Source of the DNA: Hamiltosporidium tvaerminnensis FI-OER-3-3 | Taxonomy: Eukaryota > Fungi > Microsporidia | NCBI GenBank assembly: GCA_022605425.2 | Contig: CM061251.1 | Span: 62,001-126,000, forward strand | Length of the DNA stretch: 64,000 nt | Reading direction: 5' to 3' | In this document: positions 38,785-50,136 of the stretch, piece by piece | How the letters are laid out: each line of letters opens with the position of its first letter | How positions within the stretch are numbered: position 1 is the first letter of the stretch | Translations under genes and position numbers: made by a program | The notes under the pieces: generated by a model | The model's database searches: none | What the model saw: only the letters and a program-made list of their open reading frames with translations | What the model was told of the DNA's origin: nothing

Positions 38785-40120
38785 TTATCATGATCAAGTG
38801 TCGCTCTTTCAATTCCTCAAGTACCAAGAGTAGGCAGATATTTCTTTGAAATTATCTAGCCAGTATGTTTTAATCTACAAAAATTTCTTTGAACAACTGG
38901 CATTGGCTTATAAATTCTTTTAAATACCATACTTTCTTATATTTGTTCAAAATAAACCAATCATCGGGGTTCCTTTTCTTTTAATTTTGTTTAACCATTC
39001 TATATTTCGCAATGAATGAAATGCCATAATGTTTTTACAAAGAACAACTCTTTTTTTAAAGTTCCTTATTAACCCGTATATTCTATATATTATCTTTATT
39101 TACATATGCACATTATCGCTTCCCATTGAGTTTTCAATATCTAGGTTCTCACAGCCGTACATTGCTATAAATCAAAGAAAAGTTCATTAAATTTTCTTAC
39201 TTCTCCAGCTTAAAAATTGTGATTTTGGGATTTCTTGTAAGCGTAAATATGCTTTATGTCCTGCTTTAATTCTCTCGGATGATACACCACTGTACTCATT
39301 ATTCTTCGTGAAAAGAACTCATAGGTATTAAAAGAAGAAATTATTTCAAGCAGTATAGATCTACTTAAAAAAGGTGGATTTTTCTCTGGTTACTCAAAGC
39401 CATCATGTAGGTATTTAATTTTAATAAATATGAAGACCTGAGTTTCTTGTTTTACTGCGCGAAATTTCTGACAAGATCGCGAAAGTCGTCTAATTTTTAA
39501 GATATGATATCGATGTGGTCGGTATAGCCTAAAATGCACTTCTCTATTGTAAAAAAATTCTTACGGAAAAAATCTCTACGATACAATAGGATTTACAAGC
39601 TCGATATTAAAAAGCACACAGGAAAGCACATCTCTTTGTCCCGAACCAAGGCATATTTTGAAATTTTCAGATCGTTTTTCTGAAATAAAGTTTACTCTTT
39701 GACTTTTTTAGAGTTTTCTGAATTAACTTACGAGTTTCTCGAGAATCTGCGATTTAAATGGTATTGAATAGTAGTTTTTCGCCCAAAGCTATCATATATC
39801 TGTTTATTGTTTACAAAAACCACCAATTTTTATAGAAAACTTTATAAACTTGGTAAAGTTAAAGAATCTTCTATTTCACCCACAAAAGCATCTCAGATAA
39901 CAGAATTAATTGAATACGATTTTAATCTAAAAATTTCGCTGTGAATTAAGTAAAATATGCTGCAAAGATCGATATAGACTTCATTTCAATAATCTATAAT
40001 AAGCGGATAAATTTCGTATTCTTATTTGATGCAATGTAAAATATTTCGGGCATATTTTTTCTAAATAACAAACTCTTCACATAATCAATTGAACTTTCAT
40101 AAAACATTATCTCGTTAGAT
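38785..40120 (-). mobile_element. Decayed RTE-clade LINE reverse-transcriptase region
   Basis: Colinear minus-strand RT motifs: VFVNNKQIYDSFGR (FIDFxxAYDS), GQRDVLSCVLFNI (~39606-39642; QGDxLS), ILGYTDHIDII (YADD-equivalent, 39515-39526), NNEYSGVSSERIKAGHKAYLRL, MYGCE (YGCE at 39148-39159), IIYRIYG and YWLDNFKE. Confidence 0.8.
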
Positions 40121-43100
40121 TTTTTAAAAAAATCACCGCTTAAATATGTAATGCTTTTGATAAAATATATATTAAACCGTTTGCTTAAATATTACAAGCT
40201 CAAGCTACACTATCTATTTAAGCTTATTGTAAAGATAAATCTCGAGATTTATAACATATTCTTATGATACATTACAATTTCTATGAATTTAAACAATAGA
40301 AATATTAGGAAATATTAAATATAAAACGACAATGAGATTGAAAGGCATTCTTTGCCAATAGAAGTCCACGAATTTTTAGTTTGTGGGTTTAAAAAAACCA
40401 AGAATAGATAATACGGCTCTAAAATGATTCTCTATCAACACGATGCTTTCTTGGAATTACAACGAAATGTTAAATATATTTATAGTATAATCTCGATCAA
40501 ATAAATATTTCTTTGTAATTTAATAATAAATGACAATTTAAAGAATAAACTATCCACGAAAAAGAAGAAAGATTAAGCTGTTTTCTTATTTCAAATTCAA
40601 ATCATAAGATAGTTTCAACTTTCTCAAAAGCAAACCCATACAATTGTCAGAAGCTTCTCTACCCCAAAAATGGTAAAAAAATAATATATTTCTTTCATAA
40701 ATATTTATTAAAACAGAAAGCACTAAAACAATTATAGTTTATATGTCATTGTTATAAATATACAGATTTTATTTATAGAATTTTTTCGGCCATAAAACAG
40801 GTATTTTTACTGAACGTCCTTGTAAATAGATTTTATTCTTAAATATCTGGTTTCTGAGTCATTCGAAGCCGGAAGAAAAATATTCGTGCACCTCGGAAAT
40901 ATTTTATTCCATAAAAACTCTAATATTACTTCATTCAAACATATATTTCATAAAAAACCTTAATTTAATTTAACTTAAACATATATTTTAAAAAAATATT
41001 TCCTTTTCATATAAAATTTACAAATGAAAAATAAGTTTTTTCAGATAATTTTTTGCATAATAATCTTATTTATAAGCCTATAAATGTAGCTCTTACTGTT
41101 ACCCATAAATATTCTTACAACTGAAAAGAATAATGTTCTTTTTTTTCTAAAGTGAATATTTCATATATTCACTGGAATGTATATTATTGTAAAGGATTTG
41201 GCTGAATTTATTTTGTAACCTTATTTTTATAAATTAACGGAATATATTAGCGAGTCAATTGCAATAACACCTTATATTTTTTCTTAAGTTTTGGATTTGA
41301 TCGTTTTCTTGTCATATTTTCGATCAAATTTGTTTGTAAAAGATATTAGTTTAGGGAATAAATTTACATTTAAATATTAGCCTATTTTCTTAAATATATA
41401 TTTCAAAACTAAAATCTACATTAAAAGGAGCAAGAAATCTTACAATGTCTAGATCACAAATTTTCAAAGCCATTTCTTATATTTTTTAGACATTTTTTAT
41501 GGTTTTAAATTGAGTAATACACCCGTTTATCTTTCTATTGTATTTTTGCTGATTTATCAAAGACTATAGATTGGTTTACAGAATTTCTTAAAATATTATC
41601 CATCAAATTTGTTTTTTAACCAAAGAATTTACACGCCCTAACTCTTGTACAAATAAATTTCAACTGAACACATGATATCCAAATTCTACCGAAGTATCTC
41701 CGTTTCAAGATATATTATGATCTATATATCCCCACTTTAAATATTTCATGATTAATATATTTTTATTAATTACATTTCAATTTATATAATCAATTGAATA
41801 TTACAGTTCTATCTGTTCATAATCAATTCTTTACTAATAAAGTTCAAAGAAGCGAACTGATTTTTTAATTCAACATAACAAATGACAACATAAATTTATC
41901 ATCTTAACCTTTTTAGCTTAGGTTAGGTTTTTTATTCTTTTTGTTTAAATTTTATAATCTTCTGGCAGTAGGTTCATTTGTACGTTTCTTATTTGATTAA
42001 TACTTAAATTTCAGAACACCTTAAGCAAATCCCTAAAAATTCATTCTTTTTTTTTGATTATCATATTTCTCTTCTTCTGATTCACTTGCTTTTATTTTTC
42101 TCAATGCTTTAAACCTTTAAATCATATTTATTCTGTTGAGTTTAAAATCCATTTTCCTAACAGTTGTTGTTTTTTTTATTTGATAACAAAAAGATGTGTG
42201 GAATAGATTTATTTATCTAGAAAAAAATACTTTTTCGTTTGTTTCATACTGTATTTGTATATCTATGGTTGTATAGCTTGCTAGTATCTTCATTTTAATT
42301 TAATTGATAATTACATTATATCAGACTATCCGAGCACTAATTATTTTATAAAATTATCATTCACTAGATAAATAAATAATTACAAACAGAAAAAATAAAA
42401 AAACATTTATTCTACGACAAATTGTTTATCGCTAGAAAATCAGCTCAAAGAAACTGTTTTCTAGATTTTAATACATTGATTGATATTTTACAATTATTTC
42501 TTAAAAAACCAAAAAAGGAATATTTATAAATCTCTTTCCATGTATAAAAACCAGAAAAGAGATTTTTTACATGGATCTACATAATTTTTTAAACCATTAA
42601 AACATTTTTAAAATTTTTTGTTCTATTTATTCACAATCTTATTGTTTAAATACGATTTATTTAAAAATCATAAGATTCGTATTCTCTATTGAAACACTTT
42701 TATTAGTCTCTTAAATTTTTTGAAACCATTAAAAATTTCTTGATGTTTCTCTTGGCTTAGTCATGATATTACTCGATTATAAAATATTAGATATTCAGGA
42801 AAAGAAGGAGATATTACTTTAACAGTGCTTAAGGTTGTATTTAAGTTATTTTAAATTGCATTTTAAATATGTAAAAGATTTAGCTTGGTATATAGGAGTC
42901 TATTGAAACCAAACTAATTTTTAACCCAGATAGAAAGAGCTTTCTGGGTGCCAAATACAAGAATTTCTAAAAAAATATATTTAATGTGGTTTAAAATATA
43001 CCTTTCTAAGAAATACCTAGTAAGTAGCCCTTTAAGAAATACACAATTTTTACCTTTTTAGGAAAAATAATAATAATTAGCTTTTACGCTAGTAGAAATA

Positions 43101-44224
43101 GATCGAATTTTACATTCAACAAAAAAAGAATGACGAATATTAGATTTATATTCTTAAGTATCTTTGAATGAGCAGTACTAACTTATTTTTTTATTTAGGA
43201 CTTTAAAACTTCTACTAATATGTTTTCTGATATATTTCTAAAGAGTTTTCATTTCTGAATTCTTTTTCTTCCTTTTAAAAATTTCATAATAAAATTCGGT
43301 ATTTTTAATCAAAAAAATTTATCTTTCTGATTCCTATGCATCTAATTTTTCAAAGCTTACTTCAGTATTTTCTATTTTTCCGCTCATCCTGCCTTTTTTC
43401 TCATGAATTCCTTATTCCTTCTCCTTTGCCTCCTTTCGTTTAAAAAAACAAACTATTTCTGATTTTCCTCATTAATCAATATATTACTTATATATTCCTA
43501 CTATCTTCATTTTAATATTTTAATTTGTTTAATTATAACATTATATCAGACTATTCGAGCATTAATTATTTTATAAAATTATCATTAAATAAGTAGATTT
43601 ACTACAAGAAGATCTTCAAAAATGAATTCTATCCTAATATTAGTTATATAAAGCTAAAATAAGCTCAAAACTCAAATTCTAATATCTTTGTTACCTTAAA
43701 TCTTACTTTAAAAATATATTTGAAGTAATTAAACAAAATTATTTGAATATCTTATTCTTGTAACACATTAAAATCTCTATAAATAATATTTAACAATAAT
43801 TACTTTGAATATATTTTAAATTAATAAAACATTTTTAAAGTATTCTAAATTAACAATCTCTATTAAAATTATATTGAAAAATAATTACTTGAATACATTA
43901 TTAAACCAATAAAAAGCTTTAAAGTATTCTATATTATAATTCTATAAATAATATTTAACCTTAATTACTTAGAATATATTTTATATTAATAAAATATTTT
44001 TAAAATATTTATCTTATACATATCACACTATGATTCCTGTGTAAAATTTAAAAAGAAATCCTTTAAGAGTCTTTTTTATTTCCGAACACCATTATCAGAT
44101 TCTTCTATTTCTTAGAGTTTTAAACATTTCCATATAAGTCTTCATGATATTAATCGATTATATAAGAGACCACTTATATATTCCTACTTATATCCTTATT
44201 TTAAGTCATATATGCTTCTTACAT

Positions 44225-44360
44225 TTTAAATATTAAATATTTCTAACTTATATATTACTATTTATATCCTTATTGAAACTTATATATTACTATTTATATT
44301 TTAAATATTAAATCTTTCTAACTTATAAATTAATTACATATATCCTTATTATAACTTATA
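44225..44360. repeat. AT-rich degenerate tandem array that resumes at 49615-49690
   Basis: ATATATTACTATTTATATTTTAAATATTAAATCTTTCTAACTTATA occurs at 44282-44327 and again at ~49634-49679. Confidence 0.85.
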
Positions 44361-45305
44361 AGGCCACGAAACGGAGCTGTGTTCTGTTATATCCAGGATA
44401 GAAATGTATTCTGGGGAGCAGATGGTATGTGTCAACATTGCGGGAAGTCTGGTAAGACTGTAGATCATCTAGCAACTCGATGTGAAAAAATGCTAGGTCA
44501 TGACTACACCAGACGGCATAATGAAGTGGTTAGATGTCTACACTTACTTCTTCTAAATAGATATAATTTTAAGTCTTTAAAACGAATAAGGAGTCACTCA
44601 GTTCAAAAAATTCTTGATAATAAGTATGCAGAGCTAAGAGTGGACACCAGAATTAAGACTGATGTTAAAATTCGGAATAACAGACCGGACATATTTATTT
44701 TAGATAAGAAGAAGAATAAGATAACACTCATTGAAGTAGGAATCACTTCTCAAGATTCACTTCAAATAGTCATAACTAATAAAAGTTGGGAAGTATGACA
44801 TCCTAGCCAATAAGTTGGGTCTTATTTATATGTGTAGTCTTGAGATAATCTCTTTATGTAATGACCTGAGACGGTATTGTGACAAAATACCATAAATCTC
44901 ATCTTAAAAGACTAGAAATACCCATGAATGTAGAGGCATACATTCAGTCTATATTACTTAAGAAGACAGTCGAAACAATTTCCTTTGATCGACGAAGAGG
45001 ACTTGAGTCAGGACAAATGCCGAAGAGAGCTGGGAGAGAGCGTTAATGGGTGTTATTATGAGATCAGAGATGCATGAGGAACCAATACCCCCTTTAAAAG
45101 AAGCGAAAACAGAGGAAGATGGTGCAAAAAATTTACAACCAAAAAATAAAGCACCCCTTATTTCACAAGGAGGAACCACTTTAGAAGAACCGACCAATAA
45201 CATAAATAAATAGTCGGATTTGGAAGAAGAGACAAAAGTGGTTAAAGAGGTAGAAGAAAATATATAAAAATGGTAAAAAAATTTTAACTCAGAATTTTAT
45301 TAAAC
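44361..45305 (+). mobile_element. R4/Dong-like RLE LINE, 5'-truncated copy C (frameshifted)
   Basis: CQHCGKSGKTVDHLATRC (CCHC), YTRRHNEV and RPDIFILD...IEVGIT. The 3' end matches copy B. Confidence 0.92.
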
Positions 45306-46779
45306 AAAAAAAATACACTTAGATATATACTATTAGATAGGTAAAACAATTTATTATACTACACCTTCTTCTTTAAATGTATTTTTATCTAATTTTATTT
45401 CTCTAAATATTAAAATCTTATATTCCATCCTAATATAATTTCACATTAATTAAATTCATTCTGATAAATTTCTTATAAATTCAATCTTAATTTTATTCGA
45501 TGATTTAATTTTAATCTTATCTAATAAAATGATGCCTGTATGATTACTTTGGCATTTAATTCGTATACTTTTGTCCCTAATTTTTATTTAGAAGTTCTAA
45601 ATACTAACCAAGTAACTTAAAGATCAAAACAATAGAATTAAGTTTCTGTATTAAGAAGATTATTTTAAATAAATATGATACAGGTCTAATCTTGAATTTT
45701 ATTCCTAGTTTGAACTATTTGTGAATAAATCTTAACAAAAAATTCTTAATTTCACTTATATTAAATTAAAATAATACTTTAAGTGTATAGAATGCTAGTA
45801 TGAGATATATCTTTGATATAATATTATTCTTAGCATCTAATTATGTTTTATTATCGTATGTTACCCAAAAAATTCTGTTGCAAACATACAGTGGATTACT
45901 AGTATTTTACAATATATTATGCTATTAATTTACTATGTATTTCTCTGTTGCCTGATAGACATCAAAAGATTGCATTTACATGTGTTTTTAATCTATCAAA
46001 GATTTTGGCACGTATTGGAGTATAAATATAGCAGATTAAAACAAAATTTTCGGTTTATAAATTATCTATGATTGCGACTTCTTAATATAACAGATTTGTT
46101 ATAGTGAGAAATCCCAAAAAAAATATTTTTTTGATAACCTATTTAAAATTTAATTATAAAAGTCGGACTTATAATCTCATTCAGTAGCTAAAAATTTTAA
46201 AATATATAAATTCAAATAAAATGTAGGACTTAAATAATCGTGTTTGCTAGCTGAAAAGGGTAAAAAAATATCTACAAACTAAAATAAAATGTAAAATTCT
46301 TTTTTTTATTCTCTTCTATCAGATATAAAGTACTATTATGGCAATATTTTTATTAAATTTCGTCTATTTCGAGAAGATATATAATTTTAGCTATTTAAAA
46401 TCACACTCTGCTCGAATACACTTAAAAATTGAAAAACTAATCGATAAAAGAATAAAAGATTTTAAATAATTGGCTTAAATAAATCTCTTTTATTACAAAA
46501 CGAAAGACATCTTCAATTGATGATTTAAAATATTCAATTGTTTAGTATTTTATTTGAAGGTACCAATATAAGATATGATAATAAATGGTAGATGAATTTT
46601 ATTAAAAATTAATTTAATATCTGATGTAAATCATTAAGGAAATTAAAATATGATTAAAAGATTATTAATAACCTTTTTTCATTTTGATACACTTTGTTTA
46701 AGATAAAGAAAATCACTGCAGATTTATAAACAAACACTCGATTTCAAATCTATATAACAAAAAAAACAATAATAAACAA

Positions 46780-47967
46780 ATGATTGGCAAAATAAAGAAC
46801 AGCGGAAATATTAAAAAAATTAATATTTCAGAAGTAACAAAAAATCAGGGACTTGAATCGAGTGAACTGATTGGAATCTTAAATGAAATCGATGAATGCA
46901 AGCAATATAGGAATGATATGGGAAATATACATAAAAGTATATTTAAAATCATTAAAAATTTGAAATTAAAGGAGAAAGAAGAGAGTATAAAAACTAAAGA
47001 AGATTTGGAAAAAGCAGATATATCCTTTCTTGAAAACCCAGCAGTAAAAATACATGAAACTAATATTTGGAATCATGAAGATAAGAGATTCCCGATGTTA
47101 AAATATAATATGGAATATAAATTTCCTATAATGATATACAAAAAAAATGAAATTTATTTTAAATCAAAGCTGGTAAATAAACCATCTCGAGAGAAAAAAC
47201 AAGAAATTCCTTTTAATAAATTAGAAAACAAGGGGAAAAAGGCTAATGATACTATAAAATATGATTTACTTAGTGATAAAGAAAAGATCAAATTGGCTTG
47301 TTTTTGCTTCAAGAATCTTCGTAAATATAAATCCAGCTTTAAAGATAATATTTTAGAAAAAATTTCTAATATATTCAGATCTTCGTTTAAGAAAGATTCT
47401 TATCATATAAAAAAAGAAAATAACTTTGTTTATACCGTTGGTGATCATATTATGGATGAAGGAATCAAAAAAGAGGGATTGTTTAGAATTTCTGGTAAAT
47501 ATGCCTATTATAAATTTATGCCGGGTGTTTTGGCTGCAGGAAAGAGATATGATTATACTGAGTTATCTGTTCATGACAACGCTTCGATTTTCAAAGCATA
47601 TATTCGGGAGATAATGAATGGGATAATTTCAGTTCAGATTACAGAAAGGGTGATGAAAATAATAAAAAACCAGACGGATCCTTCAATAATAGAATATATT
47701 GTGCCTTTAATAATATTTTCGATTACAAATGAAAATAGAAAGATGCTTATCTATTTACAGAAAATCTTTCGAAAAGTTGATCGGTATTCAAAAGATAATA
47801 AAATGGGGTCAGATAATCTATATAAAATTTTTACTCCCACTATTTTTCCAAATATTGAATGTTATGATTTGCAATCCATAAATTTGCAAATTGAGATTGT
47901 AAAAAGAATTTTTGAGTCAAATTTAACAGAAATCCCTTGTTTTTTGTATGAAGAAGCACTTCGGTAG
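46780..47967 (+). CDS. Rho GTPase-activating protein (C-terminal RhoGAP domain)
   Basis: IKKEGLFRISG (arginine finger), VHDNASIFKAYIRE and NKMGSDNLYKIFTPTIF. Confidence 0.88.
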   Translation: MIGKIKNSGNIKKINISEVTKNQGLESSELIGILNEIDECKQYRNDMGNIHKSIFKIIKNLKLKEKEESIKTKEDLEKADISFLENPAVKIHETNIWNHEDKRFPMLKYNMEYKFPIMIYKKNEIYFKSKLVNKPSREKKQEIPFNKLENKGKKANDTIKYDLLSDKEKIKLACFCFKNLRKYKSSFKDNILEKISNIFRSSFKKDSYHIKKENNFVYTVGDHIMDEGIKKEGLFRISGKYAYYKFMPGVLAAGKRYDYTELSVHDNASIFKAYIREIMNGIISVQITERVMKIIKNQTDPSIIEYIVPLIIFSITNENRKMLIYLQKIFRKVDRYSKDNKMGSDNLYKIFTPTIFPNIECYDLQSINLQIEIVKRIFESNLTEIPCFLYEEALR

Positions 47968-48060
47968 CTAAAAATCAATAAATCCTTTAATTTTCCACTT
48001 TTAATATTTTCATTTTATTTTTTAACTATATTTTAATATATTTTTTAAATTATTTAAAAT

Positions 48061-49614
48061 AGAAGATAGCAGAGGAATTCCAACACGTAGCCTATTTGAA
48101 GAAGTACAGAGCAAACTTATATAAAGAGTTGAAAGACTTTTTCACACTAGATTAAATGCAAAAAATTTATTTTCTGCAATCAATCAACATGCGATCTGTT
48201 AATCAACTATCACATGGAGTACTTCGACTTGAACCGGCTGACTTCTCTAAGTTAGGTAAGGCAGTTCGTGCGGTGTTGGTGAATAATAAGATACATCTTC
48301 GCCCAGGATGTAAAGAGCGTTTATACCTCCCTAAAACAGAACTTGAAAGAGGCCTACATAGTGTTGAGTTGCGAAGCGAACATATGCTTCTGCAACTCTT
48401 GGATTGTCTGGAAAAAAGTAAAGAAATATCAACTAGACTAGCAGCAATCCTCAAGGTGGAGAATAATAATAAACCCCATCTTGCACTAATAAAAGGCTTC
48501 TTAAAAGTAAAGTACAGGTTGGTAGAAGAAGTCACTAAGAAAAGTTTAGAAGCAGCTCAACTTGCAAAACTATATAACGAAATAGAAAAACGAAAACTCC
48601 ATTCAAAGTTATATAATGCAAGGAAAAATGAGCTTTTAAGTGTTAGTGACTCTTCAAGATGGCTAAAGAAAGCGAATATTAGGCCACGAAATGAAGCTGT
48701 GTTCTGCTATATCCAGGATAGAAATGTATTCTGGGGAGCAGATGGTGTATGTCAACATTGCAGGAAGTCTGGTAAGACTGTGGATCATCTAGCAACTCGA
48801 TGTGAAAAAATGCTAGGCCATGATTACACTAGACGGCATAATGAAGTGGTTAGATGCCTACACCTTCTCCTTCTAAATAGATATAAGTTTAAGTCTTCAA
48901 AACGAATAAGGAGCCACTCAGTTCAAGAAATTCTTGATAATGAGTATGCAGAGATAAGAGTGGACACCAGAATTAAAACTGATGTTAAAATTCGGAATAA
49001 CAGACCCGACATATTTATTTTAGATAAGAAGAAGAATAAGATAACACTCATTGAAGTAGGAATCACTTCCCAAGATTCACTTCAAATAGTTGAAACTGAA
49101 AAACTTAGGAAGTATGACCTGCTAGCCAATGAGTTGGGCCTTATTTATAAGTGTAGTGTTGAAATAATCCCTTATGTGATGACCTGGGACGGTATTGTGA
49201 CAAAATACCATAAATCTCAACTTAAAAGACTAGAAACACCCATGAATGTAGAGGCATACATTCAGTCTATATTACTTAAGAAGACAGTCGAAACAATTTC
49301 CTTTGATCGACGAAGAGGACTCGAGTCTGGTCCAAATGCCGAGGAGAGCTTAGAGAGAGCATCATTAAGTGTTATTTTAGGAGCTTAGATGCATAAACAA
49401 CCAATACCTCCTTTAAAGCAAGTAGACAACGAGGAAGATGATGTTAAAACAAAAAATACAAAAAATATTTTACTCCTTATTTTGGATGGTATAACCACAG
49501 CAAAGGAACCAACAACTAATACAAATGAAGAGTTGGAGTTGGAGGAAGAGATATAAGTGGTTGAAATGGTAGAAAGAATTATTTAAAAGAGAAAAATTTG
49601 TTAACCCAGAATTT
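48061..49614 (+). mobile_element. R4/Dong-like RLE LINE, 5'-truncated copy D (post-RT region, CCHC finger, restriction-like endonuclease)
   Basis: ORF 48156-49388: ERLYLPKTELERGL (RLYxPRxxGGRGL-like), CQHC...H...C, RRHNEV, RPD...IEVG and EKLRKY. Confidence 0.93.
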
Positions 49615-49840
49615 TATATTCTTATTATAACTCATATATTACTATTTATATTTTAAATATTAAATCTTTCTAACTTATATATTCCTATTTATCTTCTAAA
49701 CAATATTTCTTATCTCTTATACTTATATTCTTACTTATATATTAAAACGTTATTTTTCTTATAATTAACACACCTTAAAACAGACTTTTATTACTCTATA
49801 TCATTAAAACCCTCTTAAACCAAGCTTATATTACTTCTTA

Positions 49841-50105
49841 TAATTAACACCCCTCTTAAAATACCCTTATTATTTTCTATCCACTTTCCTTTATCTCTAT
49901 CTCTCTATCCTTATAATTAACACCCTCTTAAAATACTCTTATTATTTTCTATCCACTTTCCTTTATCTCTATCTCTCTATCCTTATAATTAACACCCTCT
50001 TAAAATACTCTTATTATTTTCTATCCCCTTCCCCCTTTCCTCTATCCACTTTCCTTTATCTCTCTACCCCACCTATCAATACACTAACACCCCTCCTTAA
50101 ATACC
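49841..50105. repeat. C/T-rich ~72-bp tandem repeat immediately upstream of RPA1
   Basis: AATTAACACCC(C)TCTTAAAATAC...CTATCCACTTTCCTTTATCTCTATC repeated ~3 times. Confidence 0.9.
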
Positions 50106-50136
50106 GTTATATTCCTTTTACTTATACAACCCTCTT

